Positions 12,410 through 22,183 of a stretch of 64,000 bases of DNA are shown in pieces. Under the pieces are notes generated by a model. It was not told the DNA's origin, ran no database searches, and was given only the letters and a program-made list of their open reading frames with translations. Positions within the stretch are counted from its first letter, which is position 1. Every line of letters begins with the position of its first letter. Made by a program: the position numbers and the translations under genes. Source of the DNA: Lytechinus pictus (lineage: Eukaryota); the NCBI RefSeq assembly GCF_037042905.1, contig NC_087251.1, forward strand, positions 25,980,001 through 26,044,000, read 5' to 3'.

Positions 12410-13968
12410 TGTAGTACAGTTTATTCTATTTATAAACCTCCATTGAAACTTGCCTCACCTCCTTTTAAATTTGTAGTACAGTTTATTTTTTTTTTAAACC
12501 TCCATTGAAACTTGCCTCACCTCCTTTTAAATTGGCTTCACCATAATACAGTTTATTCTTTTCAAAAACCTCCATTGAGGCTTGCCTCACCTCCTTTTAA
12601 ATTTGTAGTACAGTTTATTCTTTTAAAAAACCTCCATTGAAACTTGCCTCACCTCCTTTCAAATTTGTAGTACAGTTTATTCTTTTAAAAAACCTCAATT
12701 GAAACTTGCCTCACCTCCTTTTAAATTGGCTTCACCATAATACAGTTTATTTTTTTAAACCTCGATTGAAACTTGCCTCACCTCCTTTTGAATTGGCTTC
12801 ACCATAATTTGTAGTACAGTTTATTCTTTTTTAAAAACCTCCATTGAAACTTGCCTCACCTCCTTTTAAATCGGCTTCACCATTGTAGTACAGTTTATTC
12901 TTTTTTTAAAACCTCCATTGAAACTTGCCTCACCTCCTTTTGAATTGGCTTCACCATAATTTATAGTACAGTTCATTCTTTTTTAAAAACCTCCATTGAA
13001 ACTTGCCTCGCCTCCTTTTAAATTTGTAGTACAGTTTATTCTTTTAAAAAACCTCAATTGAAACTTGCCTCACCTCCTTTTAAATTGGCTTCACCATAAT
13101 ACAGTTTATTTTTTTAAACCTCCATTGAAACTTGCCTCACCTCCTTTTGAATTGGCTTCACCATAGGTTGTAGTACAGTTTATTCTTTTTTAAAAACCTC
13201 CATTGAAACTTGCCTCACCTTCTTTTAAATCGGCTTCACCATAATTTGTAGTACAGTTTATTCTTTTTTTAAAACCTCCATTGAAACTTGCCTCACCTCC
13301 TTTTGAATTGGCTTCACCATAATTTATAGTACAGTTTATTCTTTTTTAAAAACCTCCATTGAAACTTGCCTCGCCTCCTTTTAAATTTGTAGTACAGTTT
13401 ATTCTTTTTAAAAACCTCAATTGAAACTTGCCTCACCTCCTTTTAAATTGGCTTCACCATAATTTGTAGTACAGTTTATTCTTTTTAAAAACCTCCATTG
13501 AAACTTGCCTCACCTCCTTTTAAATTGGCTTCACCATAATACAGTTTATTCTTTTTAAAAACCTCCATTGAAACTTGCCTCACCTCCTTTTAAATTGGCT
13601 TCACCATAATTGTAGTACAGTTTATTCTTTTTAAAAACCTCCATTGACACTTGCGTCGCCTCCTTTTAAATTTGTAGTACAGTTTATTCTTTTTTAAAAA
13701 CTTCCATTGAAACTTGCCTCACCTCCTTTTGAATTGGCTTCACCATAATTTTGTAGTACAGTTTATTCTTTTAAAAAACCTCCATTGAAACTTGCCTCAC
13801 CTCCTTTTAAACTGGCTTCACCATAATACAGTTTATTCTTTTTAAAAACCTCCATTAAAACTTGCCTCACCTCCTTTTAAACTGGCTTCACCATAATACA
13901 GTTTATTCTTTTTTTAAACCTCCATTGAAACTTGTCTCACCTCCTTTTAAATTGGCTTCACCATAATA
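12410..13968 (-). repeat. Tandem array of the same ~70-bp unit, inverted; inner domain of the right arm
   Basis: Repeated cctccattgaaacttgcctcacctccttttaaattggcttcaccat, the reverse complement of the left array unit. Confidence 0.95.
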
Positions 13969-16023
13969 TTCAGGTATATAAGGTATATTCATTCTTTTTT
14001 TTAAAAACATCATTGTTCACTTCCCTCACCTAGATCATTTGGCTATATATAATACCTTTTATTCTACACTATTCTTCCCTTTAAAAAAACCTGATTGTAC
14101 TCCTGCCTCCCCTGATCTGACATTTGCCTCTCAACGTACTGGAAATAGATACCCTTTTTTCAATATTTTTGTGTTTTTGACACCCTTATCACGTTATACG
14201 TAACGTGCCCTCTCTTGAAAAAGACATCCTTTTTACGTGTTTTTTTGGTCGCGCATGGTATCCACTCGTCAATATAAGTGGCCCCCCCGGGCGTACTGTA
14301 CATAGTGTTATTTTATTATCTCTTTATATCGGAAACTTCGTTTTACCGAATTGCCATGCACTCTCTCCGACGCGTTTGAAGTCTTAGACAGCATGGCATA
14401 CTACCAGCCGATGGTACACACACGCACACACACACACACGTTATTTGACAACTTGTCTCTGGAGCCAAAGTTCCTCGCATATAACTATCTGCATGCCTGC
14501 ATGCACGCAGTGTGTATTGAACACGCACGACCACGATCTAATGAATATTCATCGGCGAGACTGACGTCATTTTACGAGTCTCCTTTCAAACTTGGATCAT
14601 AAGTGCCTACCGTAGATTTACAAAGACATCTCGTCCTTTCAGTGCAGAGTTAATTTCATCGACTTGCAAATCCTCAAATCGGTCAGTATTCAGCATTTTA
14701 GAGGCATATCAGTGCTCTTTGATATTTCGTCGTCACTCTTCGCCAAGAATCTAAGGGTCGCCATTCAAAATTAGCTCATGAATATTTAATATGACGTAAT
14801 AGCAGCTCGCGCTCTCATTGGATGATTTTCACCGACCAGTTTTTGGTCAGTGAATTGGTAAAAACAATAAAAAACAAAAGAAAGTCGGTGAAATTCGGTA
14901 CAGATGTCCAGAGGCCCTGTCTCGCGGCGCTCTGCTTCGCTCTCTCTCCCGTGCATTGCATGTTTGCTCGGAAAGCAGCCGACAGGGCCTCGACAAGAGG
15001 CTATAGCGTTGCTTGCTTGATCGATCGGTCAATCAAATTTAGCGTTGACCCACAAAAAATCATACATATGGGACTGTAATGTCATGCATTGCCGATCTTA
15101 TGCGACAAATTTATTATCAACTAAAGTATATAATACTTCACAGTGACATCTTTTAAATTTTTTATTTAATATTAAAAAAGTAATAAAAAATATTTTTTAT
15201 AGAAATATATCCGCAAAATATTTAAACTTATTTACAAGTCACTTATTAATAAAACAGTATAAATAGTTTAACGTAGCGCTAGCGCGCGCTATCCAAAAAA
15301 CGTTATAAGTACAAAAGTGATAATATGTGTACGTACGTACGTACGTGTGAGATCTTGTGATGATCCATTATTTTTCTCCTTACAAAAATATACAGGTCCC
15401 ATCTCGCCGGCGCTCTCAGTCGAAATCTACTAAGTAGAGGGAGATCTATACCGCACTGGTCATTGCCTCTGCTCTGGTCAGCTCTGCAGAATTAAAAGCT
15501 AAATTTGCTGATGAAAGTCGAGCCCGAGAACAGTCATCGATTCAAGATAAAGACAGACAAGTCACAAAGTCTGACAAAACCATTCTTCGTAGTTCGTGTT
15601 CGTCCCAGTTTCACAGCTCAGACTCTGAGCCTCAGTCAGAGTCAGACTCACTCAGTCACACACAGCTGCATGCTGCATCAACAGACTTATCTCACTCAGC
15701 TCAGTCGTCAGTCTGTGGTTTATACCGTCCGGTATTATGTAAGAAAACTCACAATTTTAACTAACTCAACATGTTGAACTTTGATCATGTTGATTAGGAT
15801 CTATTAGTATGTGTAGGATGGGGGGGTCGGCATCAATGGTCGGGTGTTCGGACACTTTATTTTTGAAGCCTTCTGTTTTGTCTTTGGATCACACTAAAAA
15901 TATTATTAATTCAATAGGGGGCCTAGTTACAAATACAAGTAATGAAGTATAACCTCGTTCATGGGATGAGTGGTTGAAATCATCTTCTATTTTGTTCTAT
16001 ATAAGTTTTTATAATATTTTGTA

Positions 16024-17514
16024 TGGTTGGAACTACCGAACCCCTTACCAAGTACCAAACTAGGATTTTCTAAGCATCGTATCTGTGAAAATATTTATCA
16101 TTTTTACCTATTTTTCGTCTCATTTGTGCAGAAAATTGAGCAGATCAGATTCCCATGTTTCGATCGGTGACTCCAATTAAATTCGCGTATATCAGCGAAC
16201 AACGAATACAACCATTTAACATTTGCACCCTTCTTTTGAAACCGACCACCCGTGATATAGTCACGTATTGTATTACCGGACACTATTGTGATTCCGGACG
16301 CGCATATAAATGCGTTCGAAAACAATTTCGTACCGTAAGACTTCCGCAATTCATTTTCACAGATCAATACATAGAACAAGATTGCAAAAACAAGGCGAAA
16401 AAATCAAATTTCTTCCTTATTTATCTCTAAAATGACAGAAAATGCTTAAAATATCATATAACATAGTTTTGCATTAACAATTGAATGAATTGATATATTT
16501 TCTAACGGAAATATGGGCCTGATTTGCCGAATTTCAATCTCGTCGGCTCCTTCGATCGAATGATGAGGGGAGGTGTATTGTGGGTGATCGTCGACGGCTA
16601 GTTCTCAAGGTACCGTGCGCGAGGTTTACAGTGAGTAGAGCCGTCGACGATCGGCTGCGCATCGATAGAACTTGATGAGCGTCACGATACGAACGAGCAC
16701 TGGAAAGTGCCATGAAACATGCAGCTAACCAAAAAATAAAAAATAAATTAAGTTATCAAACACGAATTTATTACCAACATCTGCTCAAATTCGATATAAA
16801 AAAAGCAAACAAAAAGTTAGAATTTATTCATGATATGATATAAGAAGAAAAAAATCACAGAAATTTATTCTTACATCATTATAATCAAGGATATCTTTAC
16901 CCGTCCGGCGCGTCCGGAATCATGATGTAATTTGTCGCGCACGAAAATAATTGTTTTTCGTGGAGGGGTATGTGGCAAGTGCGATGCAAAGAAAATGGTT
17001 GGTAAATATAAAATAATTTTATCATATTAATAATTTTCATAATATTTGGAATAGCAAGTGCGAATTTTTCTTGATTGTATTTCCTCTAGTTGTCATTTTT
17101 AAAGCACTGAAATAAAGGTGTCCGGCAATAGGATACACTGCCATACACTAAGTTTACGGCCGATTCTTGTCGTGGTGGCGAAATGTTTTAACTCTTCCAA
17201 ATCAGTTCTATGATTTTAACATGCTAAATGATCGTCTCACTACCACTTCGAGCTCCGGCACATGATTCGACGGATATTTGTTCTAAAGCCGTTTCCTATG
17301 GGATTTCTTGGTATGAACAACTGTTTTTCGGTGGGGTTCGGGTCTAGTCAAAACAATTTTGATAAATTCTACTAAATTTTTACCTTTTTCCCCTTCTTTT
17401 TGTCTCGTATAATCGCCTACTCTCCTGCGCGTATCGTTTGTAATACGCAATAATTTTAATGCGCGCAAGGTGGTCAGTTTCAAAAGAGGTGGTCGATATG
17501 TGGTGGTCTCACTA
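16024..17514. mobile_element. Non-autonomous relative of the pogo-like transposon at 34111-38356
   Basis: Flanked by TA on both sides. Left end tggttggaactacc vs tggttggacctacc in the autonomous copy. Right 45 bp (17470-17514) match 38312-38356 at 40/45. No transposase ORF. Confidence 0.8.
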
Positions 17515-18259
17515 TACTAAAAATTGATGAAACTTCTTACATTTAAATTTTTCCAAATGACTTACTAAAATTGATACCCTAATTCGGACACACAACTGGA
17601 TATACAGTAGCCTTGGCCTTGGTTTGACTAACTAACGACTTACATGTATTAACAACAATTAGATCAAATCCAGAAATTCAGAATAAGCTTTCTAATAGTA
17701 GCCTAACAATATTAGTAGATTCTAGTACATACAGTCCGAAATGAAAGGCGAAACAGATGGGGGGGGGTGGTCTTTTTATTTCGCAACCAGTCAATTTGAC
17801 TATTTTCACCAAATTGATGTACCGGTACATGTAGATCTATTGGTAAATAGTCTTTCTTTAGTTGGGTATAACGTTTGACAGGACTTAGAATCTAACATTA
17901 ATCATAGACAGCTTCTCTTTTAGTAGTAGGCTCCTAATCAGCATCTATGCTGATTATAGGATGATATCTGTTTTGTTTTGCAGAATCCTTCCACTCTAGT
18001 GATTCAGAGTAGATTTACTTGCCACAGCAATTAGCATTTTCAAGAGAGATGTTGTTTGTAGATGCCACTTCCAAACCTGTGCATGTGCACCCTCCTAAGT
18101 GCTGATATCTCATAGTGCCATACCCAGGTTGGAAGAAACAACTTGGCCTAGTTACTTGATATAGGCCAAGTTGTTCCTTCCAACCTGGGTATGGCACTTG
18201 TGCACATGCTCAGGTTTAGAAGATTATTTTTGCAGAGTTTTCTCCCACAGTCCAGTTCA

Positions 18260-19015
18260 TGGTTAAACTTCCAGTAAGGGGAGTGCCACTAGGAAGAGCA
18301 TTGACAAGTGTCCTTCAGTCCTTCTTTCCATTCTATCCAATGATAGACATTGGTATTGCCCAAGTGTAAATAGAATCTCCAGATCTATTTGTCTGCTGAT
18401 AGGAATTAAGTCCAGGAGTAAGTACACAGCTTCATTTGAGCATCTTTTGGGCAAGCCTAGGACCAGCTTAAAAGAGATTTTGTGCATGATCTAGACGATT
18501 TAACGTATAACCGGTGAGGCGATGAACTTGCACTCCATATAGCATTCTATAAATACAAAATGTTTTCCACAGATGGGAGCAGAATGAGATATATATGGAA
18601 GAAGACTTTGAGAGCCCTGTTTGGTTCCTGTCAGTGGGAAGAAGGCGCTGTAGCCTTTAGATATTATGTCATTGGTGGGGTCAACTGTCAATGCGAGAAA
18701 TACAATTCATGATGATTCCAAGGTGGGGATGGTTTGAGCATTCCTTGATTTGAGTGTCCCCCAACTTCCACTGTGTAATCTCAGCTTCTTCCTTCTCTAC
18801 AATAGCACTTTTGTCTGGATCGATCTTGTAATGCCAGGCGCACAAGTATTCATAGGTGAGATTAAGCATAGCCTGAAGGTGCTGACCAATGCCACATCAT
18901 CGGTTAAAACTTTATATGGCTCCCATATAAAGTCCTCTTAATGAGCATCCAAGGCTAGCTTCTCGCAACTTCTTGATGAGACCGTCGATTAAAACTTTGT
19001 AGAGAGTTGTTGAAC
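18260..19015 (-). mobile_element. Decayed non-LTR retrotransposon reverse-transcriptase remnant (RTEX/RTE-like)
   Basis: Frameshifted minus-strand peptides STTLYKVLIDGLIKKLREASLGC, TDDVALVS, WKLGDTQIKECSNHPHLGI and LVLGLPKRCSNEAVYLLL resemble RT and post-RT segments. Confidence 0.7.
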
Positions 19016-19829
19016 TACTAGAATAATATTGAATGGGGAACTTATGCATCCATTCAGCAGAACACTACTGAGGTAGTTCTAATTAAACCTGATATGTAAA
19101 CATATCACAAAGATTGTTGGAAGATGGAAAGTAAAAAAATTAGACTTTGAACTGAGGGGAGGGAGGATTGGGAATTAAGGTCTTTTAATTTATTTTAAGC
19201 ACTCTTAATCACAGTAATTGACGTCTATGTCCCACCGGAGAAGGGATAAAAAACTGTTCTCATAAACAAGAATAATCTCAATTTATCAAGACATGATTTG
19301 TTTCCGTTTATTGGGATATCCTTGTTTTCTGGGACAATCCCAATTCTCAGACCAGCACCTTGACTGACTTAAAGCTGGTAGTGGTAGGTAGCTCAATGAG
19401 AGGTCACTCCATGAAAATACTGAAATCCCATAGCCAATTAGATGTTAGATATAGATAGAACCTTCAGTAGGAGAGTAATTAATGGCTGGAATAGGAGCTA
19501 TCTGAAAACTTGATACAATGTCAACAGACAAATTCAAAGATATAGAGATTGATACAGTTGTACAGTACTTCCATTCCTTAACTCCTCATGCAGGCTCATG
19601 AAGTAGTAATTTTCAGCAGCAATAATCCCACAAGAAGCTGAGTCAGAGTTACAGGCTCAGTCACACCTTCATGTTCATCCTGTATGAGATATTGGAGAGT
19701 TTTAGGAGCAGTGAACGAGAATGACGTAGCAGTCTTCTGATCGTTTGTGTCAACGTCGTCGTCTGCCCTTGTTCACTACAGATGCGAATACATAAGATTT
19801 CACTCGACTTAATTGTACGTGTACGTACG

Positions 19830-20290
19830 TCCACGTGAAACAGCGCGATAACCAGCAGGTCATGACACGCTGCCCGACCCGGAAGATCTGGCGTACTATC
19901 GCCTGGCGACCCGGTCGGGTGATGCAAAGGTGCAACTTGTGCACACGTGCACGTGCCCTTTCACTTGCTTTGATTATTTTTTACGCGAGTTAGGATATAT
20001 ATTTTGGAGGTCAGAAAGCGATTCCAAATATGATAAACATAGTGCATCGTACAACTTACATTAATTTTGTGAAAAGTCACTGAAAACTGTGTTTTAAAAG
20101 GGAAAGGTTGATCTTCATGCTGGGCTTGAACGGTTAAAATGACGTCACTCACGTACACGTCCACTATGATTTAGGAGAACCGCAAAATGGATGTGGCGAG
20201 GTTCTCGATTCTGATAGTGGACGTGTGTGAGGACCTGAGGCATATGGCAGGCCAAAAAATGACGTCATCTCGTACAAGTCCTCTATGTCG
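19830..20290 (+). promoter_or_regulatory. CpG-rich putative promoter of the kelch gene, with two CRE (TGACGTCA) sites and E-boxes
   Basis: TGACGTCA at 20140 and 20260. CACGTG at ~19832 and ~19945-19955. Lies just upstream of the first coding exon. Confidence 0.5.
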
Positions 20291-20516
20291 ACGTACCTTT
20301 CTAAAAGTGCTCGATGATGATGATGATCTAATTATTATTATCACATTATTTTGTTGATATCATTATACATGTACTTAATTATTAATTTATTATCATTATT
20401 GTTATTAGTAGTAATACTATGATTGCTATTTTTACTATAGTATAAATGTATGTATTATTATTTTCTGCCAGATTTTCTTGATGCTCAAGTGATTGTAAGT
20501 CAGTGCAGTGCTCTTG

Positions 20517-22145
20517 ATGATGGAGTCTGAAAGCGAAAAGATGGAGTGTTTTGCAGTGTATTCACCTACGAGCCTGCCAGTTCCTGTGAATCTAAGGTGA
20601 TCTACTGTACTTTAGTTGTGGAATATCTCAAAGCTAACTTCCAACAAATAGAATTTTACTTTAAATTAATATAAAAAAATATTAATAATACCCCATGGCC
20701 TATTTTGTTGTTTCCATGAATTCCAAGCTTGAATGAAAATGACTGTTGAAACTGGGTAAAATGATAAATCTAATTTCACCTGAGTCCATTCGAAGTAATC
20801 ATAAAAGTTTTTAGTCTGACCAACTTATTTTTCTTCCAGTTCCATCCTTATGTTTACCTAAGCTGAATAAATTGTGGTTATGGTGAATCATTAGAACAAC
20901 ACATCACCTCAGTACATCTGTTGATAAACTGGTCCCAAATATGCAATTCATGAATTTCTTTTTACTATTGGCAACACCTGTATATACACGAGTACATGTA
21001 CCTGTTGACTCGCAACTACCTGTATATTGTAAGCTTTGGGAAAAGACACAAGTAATAATTTTGTGCAATTTCGTCCTGAAGAAAGACATGATAAGTTGTA
21101 ACTCTTTTGATTCCTTTAGAGTCTTAAAAAGACTTCTATTTTCCTCATAACTCACTATGTGCTTTGAGCAATTTATACAGTAGATGTCATATTATTTTTG
21201 TTGTTTGTGAAAAATACATTTAGGCTTATGGTTGATTTTAACCATTGACCCATTTTCAATGCAGCTCGGCACTTCTCCTCCCTTCTCCATTTCCTGAAAT
21301 GGTGGCAGTGTTTGTTATCTCTTCAGAATCAACGCATGAAGATCTATCCCTAAAGGCAACAATTGTAAATCATGCCAATACGGCAGACAGTTTTGATCTG
21401 GGATCAATCACACAGGATAGCAGGTAAATATAAAGGAAGGGTAGAGTCCCTGAGTTTTTTCCCTTTTTTTCTTTCTTTTGAGAGTGCTTATATAGCTGTT
21501 GCCACACTGAAAGAGAATGTTTCTTATTTTTTGTACTTTCAGCAATGGTTTCCCCAATCTGCCCATTTAAAAAAAAGAAGCTTTTTGTTGTTTGTGTTTT
21601 TTTTAAAAAACTTTTAATGACTAAGATATTAGAGAGTCAAAAGGGGCCTAAGCTTTCGATTCTAGCAAAATGACAAACAAAGTGGAACAACCAAAATATA
21701 GACCACAGACATGCAGCAGCAACACTAGAAACAAGGAGACAAAAAGGGCATTAGAGAGTAGTGATGACCAATCAGGTTAGAGAAGGGGATAAAAGCAAAG
21801 GAGTAGGCAGACACAAAGGGAAGTTAGTGTAAGTAAGGCCAGTGAAAGACCTAAAGCTAAGAGCAAAAAGGATCTGGAACAAAATAGTGAAAGGGGTATG
21901 AGGAAGAGATGAATAACAAGAGAATTAGTGAGAGGTGGGTCAAACAGGTTACAAAGAAAGGCATAATAAACTGGTGCACAAGAGTGGGGAAAAAAGGGAA
22001 GGAATGGGGAACAACTGATAAAGTGCAAAAGACATAAGTATATATGATAAAGCATTATACAAACTAAAAGATGAATGTAAGTGTAAATATATATCTATAA
22101 GTATATATGTATATAAATATATCCAAAAAGGAATGTATATGAAAA

Positions 22146-22183
<38 letters not shown>

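Larger units (their letters stand above)
4346..14611. mobile_element. Giant foldback/Mutator-like non-autonomous element (10,266 bp) with ~2 kb inverted arms
   Basis: Termini are GGTAGGCAC...GTGCCTACC. Perfect 9-bp TSD GTAGATTTA at 4337-4345 and 14612-14620. Arms 4346-~6450 and ~12410-14611 are reverse complements (mirror ORFs 4393-4784 - and 14205-14602 +). No transposase ORF inside. Confidence 0.92.
3790..15003. mobile_element. Non-autonomous TIR element with TAG..CTA termini and a 9-bp TSD (AcademH-like); ~940 bp once the nested 10.3 kb insert is removed
   Basis: TIR tagcctcttgtcgaggccctg... at 3790-3830 matches the reverse complement of 14963-15003 at 38/41, with the first 21 perfect. 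TSD TAGCGTTGC at 3781-3789 and 15004-15012. Superfamily assignment is inferred from the termini and TSD length. Confidence 0.85.
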
